Of a stretch of DNA of 64,000 nt, positions 48,431 through 61,665 are shown piece by piece (the first letter of the stretch is position 1; each line of letters begins with the position of its first letter). The position numbers and the translations under genes were made by a program. The stretch spans positions 71,082,470-71,146,469 of the forward strand of contig JAUZTB010000107.1 of NCBI GenBank assembly GCA_034780895.1, given 5' to 3'. The stretch comes from Rhynchobatus australiae (taxonomy: Eukaryota). The notes beneath the pieces are model-generated. The model had not been told where the DNA came from, did no database searches, and saw nothing but the letters and a program-made list of their open reading frames with translations.

Positions 48431-51309
48431 AAAGAGTGAGCAGAATGGACTGTGGAATATTTTGGTGATACAGATATACCATGATTTGAGGCACACACAT
48501 AAGCTTGTTAGTTCCTTTCTTTGTCACACACTGCAATACTGAATTATTGAGCACATCCTGAAGCTTTATGATGCGATCTTATTAGATTTTGACTATGTAA
48601 CCTATTTCCTGCAAGGTGTTATCATTCTCAGTGGGGTTTGTCCATGGAATTATCAAGTAAACTTCTGCTTATTACAGATGTGTCTGAGGTCATTTATTAA
48701 CATTCAAGATGTGATTGTTACAACAGGACAAAAATGTCCGAACAATCATTGTTTTCAGGCTAGAATGGGCAAGTCTGTAGTACATGGTAAGACCAACGTT
48801 TGAAACAGTAGCTGGTAGCAAATAATAGAGTGAATAACCCAATCATGTACGCCAAGAAAAGGTAGGGCAGTGACTGGACTGGTTTGTCATAGCTTTTGCT
48901 GAAAGGCATAAAGACAATGAACTCGTGTCAGATTAAGGTATCACACACTAATCAAATCCAGTTAGGGGAGTTATTTACAGATTCAATACAATAACAAAAG
49001 GTAGAGGCAGAACAATTTTATTGTTTGAATAATGCCCTGCCCCTCTTCATTTCCAGCAAAAGAAATGTTATGTCTCTAAACTTAAATAAATCCAGATAAG
49101 TTGATTTATTTTTTAAAAGAAGTACACAGTCTAGTGGAAAATGGGAGAATTTCATGTTCCAAATCTGACAGTATAATTATGATGTGGTATGCCAATGGTC
49201 TCCAATTACTGAGTGGCCCAGACACATCTTACAACAGAATAGATAGCTTTTTGTTGCACATTCCCCCCAACCCCATTGCTTATTGGAATCTAACAAGCAG
49301 AAGTCTTGTTGCTGATTGCACACCTGGCAAAGGAGCTGCTTCAGCCTGAAAGCCTCACAAGTGAATTGCAAGCACTGAAACTTAGGTTATCTGATCATTA
49401 CCTTCACTTTGTCAAGTTAGTACAAATACAAAGTTTTTCATGCAAAACAAAGTTTTGTCACTGTACCTTGATACATGTGACAATAATAAATCAATAAACC
49501 AATTTAATCATTTGCAAGCCACTTTTAAAGAGCTGCAAACAATTAATTTAACAAAATATATAAAAGCAATCCCACAACTACCCAGTAACAAAACAATATA
49601 AATAAAATTAATACACATAAAGCCACATAACAAGTTCCAAGTCAAGTTACAAACATTCAATTTACTCAATGTAGTTTATTTTAACCTGCTTTTCCTCAAC
49701 TTGAATGGGATCAGTGACTTTCAGTTTGAAAGCTCTTCTGCGTTCTAAACAGTCTTGGCAATCTGCCAATGGAGAACTAACACTGAGTTCAAACCTTACC
49801 AAATTTTCAGGCTTGCTAAATTGAAGCAGAAGAAGTCAACCAGAGAGAGGACAGTCAGCAGGAGAATATAGAAGAAAGGTATGTCCCGAGGGTTCTAGCT
49901 AGCCAAATTTACGGGATGAATGGTCGAAAGGATGTGCATCTGCACTGGTGTACACTAGACTGTCAGAACTCCTGCATTTTTGAAAAGCACCTTCCACAGA
50001 AAGAAAGGTCTCAAATATCCACAAAGCCACTCAACTGCAGAAAATATATTCGAGTGACAATTGTGGCCCAACAGTGAAATGCAGGCTTGATCCCACCTTC
50101 TCTTCAAATGCTGGATCTGGAGGTAGAGAGGACTACATTTCCACCCATCCTCATTCCTAGAGATAGCAACATTATATGTCCGCTCAGGACAGAAAAATAT
50201 GTAGTCTTGTTAGGAGTGGCTATATCCCCCCTCCCCCACCAACCCCTCAGCTGTGTCAGTCTTGGTTTACCATGGCATTATTTCAGATGCACTATAGGTC
50301 CCAAGAAGGTTCAGGGACCATGGTTATCAGTTTGTGTTTAATGCAGGAAAATCTCTTCAAAGATATAAAAATGTACCTTAACTGATGTGTATCAATCACA
50401 TGCCCAATTTGTGATTGATAGCTGTCCAATTCAATTGTAAGAAATAGACAGGAAAACTAGCAATGAAGCAAAATGTAAACACATAAAAATGATGAAGCAA
50501 GCAGAAGCAGCAGAAAACTCTACCCATAAAAATGTTATAGAATCGTAGATTGGTTTCAGTAAAGAAAGAATCCATTTGGCTCAGCCCATCACATTCATGC
50601 CGATTTTCTATCAGAGAAGCTCTCTAGTTCCACAGGTCCTTCCAAATCTTGGGAAATATTNNNNNNNNNNNNNNNNNNNNNNNNNNNNNNNNNNNNNNNN
50701 NNNNNNNNNNNNNNNNNNNNNNNNNNNNNNNNNNNNNNNNNNNNNNNNNNNNNNNNNNNNNNNNNNNNNNNNNNNNNNNNNNNNNNNNNNNNNNNNNNNN
50801 NNNNNNNNNNNNNNNNNNNNNNNNNNNNNNNNNNNNNNNNNNNNNNNNNNNNNNNNNNNNNNNNNNNNNNNNNNNNNNNNNNNNNNNNNNNNNNNNNNNN
50901 NNNNNNNNNNNNNNNNNNNNNNNNNNNNNNNNNNNNNNNNNNNNNNNNNNNNNNNNNNNNNNNNNNNNNNNNNNNNNNNNNNNNNNNNNNNNNNNNNNNN
51001 NNNNNNNNNNNNNNNNNNNNNNNNNNNNNNNNNNNNNNNNNNNNNNNNNNNNNNNNNNNNNNNNNNNNNNNNNNNNNNNNNNNNNNNNNNNNNNNNNNNN
51101 NNNNNNNNNNNNNNNNNNNNNNNNNNNNNNNNNNNNNNNNNNNNNNNNNNNNCCTGGAGCCTCCACTGACAGTTGAGGACTTCAATAGGGACTTCAACGA
51201 GGACTTCCATAAGGCAACATGCTGCAGCTTCCAGTATGTATTTGTTCCTGTAATTTGCAAATTAATTATGAGTTGTGGAAGCCATTTAAAGAGTGTAGTA
51301 CTCTTATAA

Positions 51310-52100
51310 GAACAAAAGGTTAGAGCAGGATTGGCCATTTAGTCCATTGAGCCCATTCTGGCATTCAATAAGATCATGGCTGATCTGGTTTTACCTTCAG
51401 ATTAGCCTGGAATCTATTCATTGCTTCAATGTCCACAGTTCTCTGGAGAATGCCTAATTGTTCCTCATCTCCGTTTTAACTGGATGAACCCTTATAGAGA
51501 ATCTTCACCTCTTGTTTCCCCCAGAAGGAGAAAAGTTCTCTCAATATTCACCATCAGGCCCTCTGAGAATTGTACATGTTTCAATTAGATCACTTTCATT
51601 CTTCTACACATTACTGAGTACAAGCCCAAACTGCTCAAACTTTCCTTCTAATTCACCTAGAAATTAACCTAGTTAACCTTCTCTGAACTGCCTCCAAATC
51701 AAGTATATCGCATTAAAAAGGGAGACCAAGACTGTGTGCGACACTTCAGATACAGTCCTACCAGCACCCTACAGTCCTACCAGAGATGTAGCAAGACTCT
51801 CCTACTTTCATACTACACCTCTTTGTGTAAAGACCAACATTCCTTTACCTTCCTTGTTACTTGCTATACTTGCTAATTTTCTGTGTTTCATGTATGAGGA
51901 CAGCTGGAGCCCTCAGTATAGCAGAATTCTGAAGTCTCTATCCCTTTAAATAATACCCCGCTTTTCTGTTCTTATCAAAGTGTATAATCTCAGATTTACC
52001 CATATTATACTCCTCCTGGCAGTTTTTTGTCTACTATCTATATTCCTTTGTGTCTTCCTCAAAACTTGCTTTCCCATCAATCCTTGTATTGTCAGCACAT
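51310..52100 (-). mobile_element. Degraded CR1 3' region
   Basis: CR1 tail (ggccatttagtccattgagcc…gatcatggctgatct) and degraded ORF2 text. Confidence 0.75.
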
Positions 52101-52439
52101 TTTGCTACAAATGTCTATTCCGAAGTCCTTTGCACTGAACTGCTTCACAGTCCTAGATTTCTGCAGGCTTTCTGACACCCCTTTCGGTTTGTAACTGTGC
52201 AGACCTGTCTGCCACTTTCTGTAGATCGCTTCATCAAACTCTGAATCCTCTGCAGCAGAAGTCATGGGCAATCTCATTCTTTGACAAGTTGGTGGTTGTG
52301 CTGCACTCTTCCCTCAATGCGGGCCACTTGTGCCTGGTGACTCAACACATGCCTCAAAGATAAATTGCACGCTGTGCAGTTATCTATGGTGTTGTCTAAG
52401 AGTGTTAAATTAAGTCACAAAGTAACTCGTCTTCATTCT

Positions 52440-53165
52440 CTACCACCACCTGCTTTTGTTGTATTCCTTAGCTAACCAATAGGAGAGGAAAGAAAAGTGT
52501 ATGTTTACACCATCAGCAGGTTGTAAATCAGCAGAGTTTTTGGGATGAGAATGAAATATGATAAAGTGAATTGGTACAAGGATCCTGTCATCTTCTTTGG
52601 TTTCAACAATGGACTGTTTAACGTTGGCAAATAACCTCTCCTCATAGGGGTGCGATACTATCACATCTTAATTGCTTTGTAACATAAGAGAAAGGGATGT
52701 ATGCCAGTGAGTGCTTCACATATTTTGGGTGATGTGCAGAGTTGTTGAATTGCTGGTAGTGCATGAAAGCTGCTATAAGTGGGTATGAGTGTCGCAGTGG
52801 TGCTAATTGTGTGCATAAAGTGAAGTTTGCTCCACCATACCTGCAGATTTAACACTGCTGCACAACTCTGGACTGATAACGCATTGATGGGTGAATATGA
52901 GGGTGCATTACATTGAGCAATGTCTGAGACTAGTGCTGCAACAGTTTATTTATAAAAGGCACATCTGCTGCCTGTACATATGAAGTCATTGTATTTGTTG
53001 CTGTACTAAATGAAGTTCTCAATGTGTTATTTACAGCATTGGCCTTCATGTCTGTTCCCTCCTTCTGCCTTCTGATCCTGTGCCTGAAGGACTTCCTGAA
53101 CCTGACTTAAACAGTATTCTCCTTCACTTCACCTTATACAGCATCATGCTGATGTCCCCAAGGTT
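52440..53165 (-). pseudogene. Possible relic of a Harbinger-type Myb/SANT (NAIF1/MSANTD-like) gene
   Basis: Broken frames give DISMMLYKVK*RRILF…KANAVNNTLRTS…NKYNDF and HPYEERLF, resembling Myb_DNA-bind_5 motifs. Confidence 0.35.
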
Positions 53166-53174
53166 CCTTAAATT

Positions 53175-53630
53175 CATGGAACATAGAACAGTACAGCATG
53201 GAACAGGCCCTTCAGCCCACAATGTTGTGCCGAACTAAATAAATTAGTAATCAAATGCCAAACTAAAATAATCCCTTCTGTCTACACAATGTCCATATCC
53301 CTCAATTTCCTGCACATTCACGTGCCTATCTAAGACCCTCTCGAATGCCCCTATCATAGTTACCTCCACCACACCCCGGCAGTGCATTCTGGGCACCCAT
53401 CACTCTCTGTGTAAAAACACTTACCCTGCACATCTCCTTTGAACTTACCCCCTTCACCTTAAATACATGACCTCTGGTATTTGGCATTTCAACGCTGGGG
53501 AAAAGATACAGGCTGTCTACTCTATCTATGCCTCCCATAATCTTATAAACCTCCATCAGATCTCCCCTCAGCCTCTGCCACTTCAGAGAAAACAACCCAA
53601 GTTTGTCCAACTTATAGCACATGCCCTCTA
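53175..53630 (-). mobile_element. CR1 LINE 3' end
   Basis: LDKLGLFSLKWQRLRGDLMEVYKIMGGIDRVD…TRGHVFKV. Confidence 0.9.
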
Positions 53631-53714
53631 ATTCATTTATAAATGCCTGTCCTTACTTGCAGAAGCCACAATCCATCTCACCTTTAATATTGGGTTAACT
53701 TAACTGGCGAAAAT

Positions 53715-53830
53715 GAAAAAAGCTACAGATGCTGGAAATCCAAAACAAAAACAGAAAATGCAAGAAACACTCAACAGGTCAGGCAGCATCTGTGGAGAGA
53801 AGAACAGTTAGTGTTTCAGATCTGGGACTA
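53715..53830 (+). mobile_element. Penelope-like arm
   Basis: cagatgctggaaatcc…actcaacaggtcaggcagcatctgtggagag. Confidence 0.6.
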
Positions 53831-55224
53831 GCTTAACTGGTGCTNNNNNNNNNNNNNNNNNNNNNNNNNNNNNNNNNNNNNNNNNNNNNNNNNNNNNNNN
53901 NNNNNNNNNNNNNNNNNNNNNNNNNNNNNNNNNNNNNNNNNNNNNNNNNNNNNNNNNNNNNNNNNNNNNNNNNNNNNNNNNNNNNNNNNNNNNNNNNNNN
54001 NNNNNNNNNNNNNNNNNNNNNNNNNNNNNNNNNNNNNNNNNNNNNNNNNNNNNNNNNNNNNNNNNNNNNNNNNNNNNNNNNNNNNNNNNNNNNNNNNNNN
54101 NNNNNNNNNNNNNNNNNNNNNNNNNNNNNNNNNNNNNNNNNNNNNNNNNNNNNNNNNNNNNNNNNNNNNNNNNNNNNNNNNNNNNNNNNNNNNNNNNNNN
54201 NNNNNNNNNNNNNNNNNNNNNNNNNNNNNNNNNNNNNNNNNNNNNNNNNNNNNNNNNNNNNNNNNNNNNNNNNNNNNNNNNNNNNNNNNNNNNNNNNNNN
54301 NNNNNNNNNNNNNNNNNNNNNNNNNNNNNNNNNNNNNNNNNNNNNNNNNNNNNNNNNNNNNNNNNNNNNNNNNNNNNNNNNNNNNNNNNNNNNNNNNNNN
54401 NNNNNNNNNNNNNNNNNNNNNNNNNNNNNNNNNNNNNNNNNNNNNNNNNNNNNNNNNNNNNNNNNNNNNNNNNNNNNNNNNNNNNNNNNNNNNNNNNNNN
54501 NNNNNNNNNNNNNNNNNNNNNNNNNNNNNNNNNNNNNNNNNNNNNNNNNNNNNNNNNNNNNNNNNNNNNNNNNNNNNNNNNNNNNNNNNNNNNNNNNNNN
54601 NNNNNNNNNNNNNNNNNNNNNNNNNNNNNNNNNNNNNNNNNNNNNNNNNNNNNNNNNNNNNNNNNNNNNNNNNNNNNNNNNNNNNNNNNNNNNNNNNNNN
54701 NNNNNNNNNNNNNNNNNNNNNNNNNNNNNNNNNNNNNNNNNNNNNNNNATTTAGCAATAGTGTAGATGGGTGCTTGATGGTCAATGCAGATGTGGTGAAT
54801 CATAGAAATGGCTTCCCTGCTGTATGACTCTTTGAATCTCTCCTTATAACTCTCTATCTTTACCCAAGCTTTGGATAACCCCAATGACCCAGATTTTACT
54901 GAACGGGTTTCATCATCCACATATCATCTCCTCACACTTACCCGAATCAGATCTGTAAGACTGAACTTGCTGGACAAGAGCATCCAGAACCTGATCAGAG
55001 GGGCCCTGACCAGCATTAGGGCTGTGTGTGATGTAATTGGGTCATGTAGGCCGGCCAGAAAAAGCCACACCAATTAAATAGTGAAGAAAATCTCTGACAC
55101 ATGGTAAAGCCATAGTCCCATCTTTACCATCTATCAAATCTAGCATGTTTTTCAATGCCTCAGAATCTCCCTGATATTCAGAACCAATTCAGAACTATTA
55201 AAAATGAAATAAATGATTAAATGA

Positions 55225-55340
55225 AACAGAGGGCTTTGGGTAAGCGTAGTAATTTCTAGGGTAGGGACATGTTCAGCACAGCTTTGTGGGCAGAAGGGCC
55301 TGAATTGTGCTGTAGGTTTTCTATGTTCTATGTTCTATGA
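55225..55340 (+). mobile_element. CR1 3' tail with (ttctatg)n
   Basis: Near-identical to 46925-47000; tandem tail. Confidence 0.75.
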
Positions 55341-56254
55341 TAAAAATGTTTAAAATCACTGAAAAGTTTAAGTAATTAAAAATATCATTGCAAACACAAT
55401 AAATTAAATGTTGTAACTTACTTCATACTTACTTGTTTTTGAACACAATTACAATAGAAATGAAGGGCTTTGCAAATCCAGTGTCTGGCCTAACCTGGCA
55501 CAAGATTATTAGCAGATTCCCCATCATAACTGATGCAGAATCAGGAAGTTTCGGTTCTGACTTTGAACTCCATTTAGAGCATGCTGGCAGATTCACTGTG
55601 AAGAATCTGTCAGCAAGTCAGAGGCATCAGAATGATGAGATCATGAAAGTATCTGAAAGCAAGGAAATGAATTTTGAGACTGAGAGATCGTCAGACTTGG
55701 AGCCAATGTAGATAAGTGAGAACAAGGTAAATAGTTGAGCTGAATTCAGCGCAAATTAGGATACATGCAGCAGAGTTTTGGGGCAGGTCAAGGTTACAGA
55801 AGGTTGAGTGCAGGAGACTGGCAAGGGGAGTATTTCAGGAACTAATGCCTGAGGTAACAAAAGTGTGGATGAAGGTATCACCTGCCCATCAGCTAAGGCA
55901 AAAGCAGAAATAAGCAATGTTAGAGGGCTGGAAGTGATCTGTCTTGTTCTGGAGAGGTATGATGTCAGAAGCTCAAATTAGATGCAAATGTAGTAAAGAA
56001 CCTGGTTTGGCATCAGATCCAGACCAGGGAGATGGGCAACACTTAAAGGTTAGGGAATAGAATTGTAATATGTTCTCATTAGAATTCTCACAAAGCATGG
56101 CTCTATGACTGCTTTAAACCCATCTCTCCTGTTGATTTTTTAAAAAATCATATTTATTAATTCTACAATATGCTTCCTGGAGAGCAATAGGTTCATTTCT
56201 GATGGAGGGATTAAAAGTAAATGATTGATTAATTATTTCTCATATTTCCTTATG

Positions 56255-56690
56255 ACATAAGAGCTAACCTTTCAACCCATTGAGTCTATGCCAGCTGTCA
56301 GAGCAATCCCATTCCCCCACTTATTCCCTTGTAAACTATTCCCTATTAAATGCCCATTATCTCCTCTTCCCATTCTGTTCTCTTACCACCCACCTACACT
56401 AGAGGCAATTTACAGTAGTCAATTCACCTAACAACCATCAAGAACACAAGAACATTCAAGAAGACAAGAAAATAGGAGAAGGAGTAGGCCAGTAAGACCC
56501 TTACATTTGCCCAGCCATTCAATATGATCATGGTTGATCTCTTGTCTTTGGGATTTGAGAGGAGACCCACACAGTCACAGGGAGAACATGTAAACTTCAC
56601 ACAAACAGTACTTGCGGTCAGAATGGAACCTGGTTGCTGGAGCTATGACACAATTACACTACCTGCAGCTTCACTCTGCCACCTAGATAT
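56255..56690 (-). mobile_element. V-SINE interrupted by a CR1 tail (~56440-56540)
   Basis: SINE text cacagggagaacatgtaaacttcacaca…; inserted aagaaaataggagaaggagtaggcc…gatcatggttgatct. Confidence 0.6.
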
Positions 56691-59069
56691 ATTCAATGTT
56701 AAATTTTAAATATATTATATTAAATATTTATAAGAAAAATATAAGATCTTAAATGTAATTGGTTCATATTTGACCTTTCCAACAGCCTGCAATGATGGGT
56801 CATTAAAGTGAAAGCAAAATGAACAACTTCAGCTTTTACAAATGTGCTAATCCCAAGTTCAGTTTGNNNNNNNNNNNNNNNNNNNNNNNNNNNNNNNNNN
56901 NNNNNNNNNNNNNNNNNNNNNNNNNNNNNNNNNNNNNNNNNNNNNNNNNNNNNNNCCCTTTGAAATGAACCCTTCCTCAGAATCTTCTCCACAGTTCTCG
57001 TGGTTGACATGGGCAGAAAATATCACGTTAAAATCTTTGTCACTCCGTGCCAGCAACAGGTCCAGTCATTTCCTATTGAACACTACTTATGCATGACATT
57101 TTGCCTACTTTACCATCCCAGGAAATTACTGTGAATACCTGTGAGGATTGTTGACTGCATAATTTTGATCATATGGTTAATGTTTGTGGAAGGTTTCACT
57201 TTTTTATTTTTAAATCCCTATAAATTTGATAAATAATGATGTCAGTGATACAAACACAGATGATTGTTCCGAACAGAAGTGTGGATGTAGTAAATTGTAG
57301 AATCTGTAAGGAATTAACATTGTTCAGTTAATAAGAATTGATTGAATAGGTGTAGCCTTTAATTTCATTAGCTCAGAAATATTCCTTGCTTGCCCCCAGG
57401 TTCAAATGCCATACTGATCTCTTGAGAACGAAAGGCAGCAAATAGAAATCAAATGTTACAGTAATCAATACGCATCTGACAGGTTACATTTCCGTTTGTC
57501 TAAGACTTTGTAATGTATAATTTATCACCAGTCATTTATGTGGAAAAGAGGCTCCTTCTTGTCTCTTTGGTGTATATTGTTTGAATTTGATGCCATATCA
57601 TGGCATGGAATATTCTCAGGATTGTGTTATACCAGAATCATAATGAATTATTTCCAATTATACCTTTATTAGTACTCTTCTACTGACAAATTTTTTTATC
57701 AAAGTGCTAAGCATTATGGGCAGATGGGGGGATGTGTATTTTAAATGGGCATTCTGCAAGAATCTAAAATGAATGTCTTTTTGAATGCTAATTATGATTT
57801 TGAAATAAAACTAGCATTCACCAAAAGGGTTCAAATCCACATTGCACTCAAAACTGCCGTAGGCTTATATACAATCATTGATATGCAACACAATCATTTA
57901 AACTACAATCATTGCATTCTATGCAAGATTTTCCATTAAATAAACATATTACTTTAGATAAACATATTCCCTGGCAGGGACCATTGACTTCCATGTGGAG
58001 GATATCATAGGGGTGAATTGACAACCAAATGAAAAACATCTGATAAAATAAATAAGAGTCTTACAAATAAAAGAAGTAGGTTCATTCTATAACATGTGTG
58101 AGACAGTGGGGAATATTTTAATAAGAATCACCGCTTGTGTCAACATATATATTTTGAAATGATAATAACAGGGGAAGAATGTTTAAGGAAGTAAAAAAAG
58201 CAACATTATTTTTGTAAGCTATCTTTGCAAAGTATTTAGTGTTAGAAATATATATGAGATGCACTAGTTTTTTTGGAATCAGTAAGGTGAAAAGCACTTT
58301 AACACCGTACCAGACAGATGATGGATCGGTTTATGAAATTTTTTGTTGTAGTCATGAACAAACAGTTATACCAGTCTGCAATGAACATCAGAAAATAATT
58401 TTCGCATTCTGAATCATCCATGAATTTTACTACTGGACAACTACCTGTCTATAGAAAGCACTTATTTAACTAACATAATCACATGGACCACTAACATACA
58501 AGTATGCTTTTCTTCATTGAGTTTATGTATGTAATATTTGCAAGTATAAATATTTTGCTTGCTTTTTAAAATGGATAACATATTCATCCTCTACTTCTCA
58601 TCTATCTTTGATGCAAGCTCTCTGGAATATATTTCATTTCAAGGGATTCTGGCTTATGACATTGTTCTGCAGAGCTTCCTAAGCTCCTGGCAACGTCAGT
58701 ATATCCCTTCATTGGGCACACTACCACACAATGGGCATTGGTGTCAGGCTTTATCCTCCAGCCATGTAACTGCAGTTTCCAAAATCTTATTTTCATTTCT
58801 ATGTTCTTCTGAAATTATTGGATGATCTAACTAACAGTCACTTAGTAAACGTTCAAAACCTGACAGCCTTTGGCCTGGTCTTTTTGAAAGAAGAAAATAA
58901 TATGAATGGTAAGTTCTATTCTGCAGTAATTATTTGTTCAAAAAGGAAAGATGGGCAGCAAACAGTTCTACCTAACAGCCTGACTACTGGACTCGGGCTG
59001 AAACCTGGTTAGGCTGAATTAGTTCCCTCTGCTGGGATGATATAATTGGCTGATGGCTATCTCTGAGAG

Positions 59070-59695
59070 ATTTATCAGGTTGCCAGGGCTGGAGAATGTT
59101 AGTTATGAGGATAGACTGGCTCGGCTGTATTTGTTTTCTTTCATACAAAGGAACAAGAGTGGAGAGTTAATCAATGTGTATAAAGTTAGGAGGGGCAGAG
59201 GCACACATAGGAGTTTAATATTCCCAGCTTTTGGAGGGGCATGCACACGTTACTTAATGCTGTAGAGGAGATGTGTTTGCACCTCTTCATCACACGCAGC
59301 TAAATACTGGGGTGGGGAGGGGGTGGGGTGTAATAATGCTCCTGTTTATACCCACCCACCACCAATACCCTACTCTTTATGCACACTACCAATGAAAGGC
59401 CTAGGCAAGTGAACTGGAAGAACTTATTTCCCTTAGAAGAGCAGTCATAAGTTGTTAGGAGGATTTGAAGGGGAGTTGAGGAGGAAAGAAAATCACTCAG
59501 AGGGATGGCATTCTAGAGGCCACTGCCTGAAAGGATGGTGGAATCAGGAACCCCCAACACATTTACTGACTACCTGGATAAACACTTGGACCGCTGGACT
59601 ACATAGAACTGGGAATTAGGATTGGCCAGAGTAGCTCTTCTGAGAGGATCATGTACCAAATGGCTTGCTTCTATGTGTAAATTTATATGATTGCT
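59070..59695 (+). mobile_element. Old CR1 3' fragment with an internal insertion
   Basis: RFIRLPGLENVSYEDRLARLYLFSF…ELINVYK. Confidence 0.7.
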
Positions 59696-61514
59696 ACTGA
59701 GTGACCTCCAAAAGAAAATGAGTATCATTGGATATCAGATATCCACTAGGTGGGTGCCAACCTTCAACATCCACCTTTAACTTGAAAATGCAGTTGAATG
59801 CATGCCAGTTGAATCAAGAAACAATCGCAGGAAAAATAAACATGTTTGCTATGTGAGTAGATGTCTTTTAAAAATAACATGAAATCTTTCAATCAGGAAT
59901 TACTTTGTGAATGGGAGAAGAGGGTGATAAAAAGAAATATAGAATGGCCATCTCATCAAGAAAAGCCTCTGTTAAAAATGTCTGAGATAATAATACTTCA
60001 AATTTATCATAAATATTAATTTGCTGGTTCCAAAGGATGAAGGAATATGTGAAGATTGACCCCAAATACAATAGTAAGTCACTTTCAGATGCTGACCAAA
60101 TACTTTAATTAAACTGTTCTTTTTACTTTTGATCCCAATCCCCTGGTCATTGAAAGCTCTGGGGATGGATGTCATCATTCAGAAAGGCTTTTCCTAGGCT
60201 TCAGGGAGTACTTTTCAGCAGGGACTAGCCCTTCGCAGCCCTTTCTTCAAAGCTAACCAATTAGTCTGTTTTAAGAACATTAAAGATACATGAGTTGTCG
60301 GAAATGCATAATTCCATCCGCGACAGTTAGCAAAATGCTGACAAAGTAACATCAAAAAATCTACACACAATGTGGGCTGTTTTGAACTGGTAAAAGTGTG
60401 TTTAAATAATAGGGACATAAGTAGCTGTAATAAGCAAGAGCATCATTTAAATATTAAATAAAGTGTTGTGAGCAAGGTACACATTCCTAATGATGCTCAT
60501 TCGCATTAGAAAGAGACCGATAATGATAAGATATGTGTATCTCCACCATTTCTTGGCTAGTTGGCTTCACTTTTTTTTAGTTGCTTCTATTAGCACTAAC
60601 ATAATTATGTAATTGGGACCTGACAGCAATCTTGCCTAGTCAGATTAAGCATGAAGCTGCAATGAGCTTCCCATGACAACGGTTAAGCAAATCAATGCCA
60701 GAAGTAGTTCTAGATGGTATTCTATTCATACGGGTGGGAGAAGAAGCCTTTGGAACCCACAACAATGTTTAGGACTCCTCCAAGCAGAGAAATGAAGTTG
60801 TGCTTGCATTGCTCATTAAGATTTCCTCTTGACAAGTGGAAGCAGTCACTGTAGAACATTAGAGGAATTGCAAGTTAACTCATATGCTTTTGGAAATTGT
60901 CCAGTTTGATTTGCATGTTGGAGCCATCTTTTGGCAGAGAGAGTTTTTAATATGTATGATATTTGCATTTATTAGCAATGCCAGATTCTCCCCTGTTTGA
61001 AATAAGCACATGACAGCAATTACCCTTCAACATCACTCATTTACTATTTTTTTGCCATTCTTTTTTGAGGGTGTGGTAATAAAATTTTTTTTTTAATTTA
61101 TGTACTGGAAATCTGAAGCACAGATTGAAACTCTCTCGTCCGACATTCTGTAGTCTGGCAACTACCATGGTCGGGCATGTTTTTAATCTGTAGTACTGAT
61201 CGATATCGATTAACTTATTCTAACTAAGATGTAACTAAGATCTAAAATTAACTAATATCTGTACTAACCTGTAGCTAATTAACCTACCAGTGCAACTTCT
61301 GAGATCTCAGCAGACAGCATTTCTGACTTAGGGAAACTTCGAGTTACGGACAGTTCTCAGAACCTTTACCTGACCCAGGGGAGTGTTTGTACTTACAAAG
61401 AACAGATCTCCTGCTTAGAGGAGGATGAATGGAGGCAATTTCTGTGACTGGGATTTTTGGCGGTCCAGCACCAGTTAAGATCCCAAGGATGCTGGACTCA
61501 AGAATTTCAACCTG

Positions 61515-61665
61515 TGACACCAGAAATGCTGGAAATACTCAGCAAATCAGGCAACATTTGTGGAAAGAGAAATAGAATTTACCTTTCATCTGAAACGTTA
61601 ACCATGTTTCTCCTTCCACTGATGCAGCCTGACCAACTTTTTCTGACATTTTCTATTTTTGTTTT
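61515..61665. mobile_element. Palindromic Penelope-like unit
   Basis: gaaatgctggaaatactcagc… ctgaaacgttaac …gatgcagcctgacc. Confidence 0.6.

Noticed and set aside
46122-54920. Long ORFs of 150-370 aa in the ORF track
   Set aside because: They consist mostly of X from N-gaps and are artefacts.
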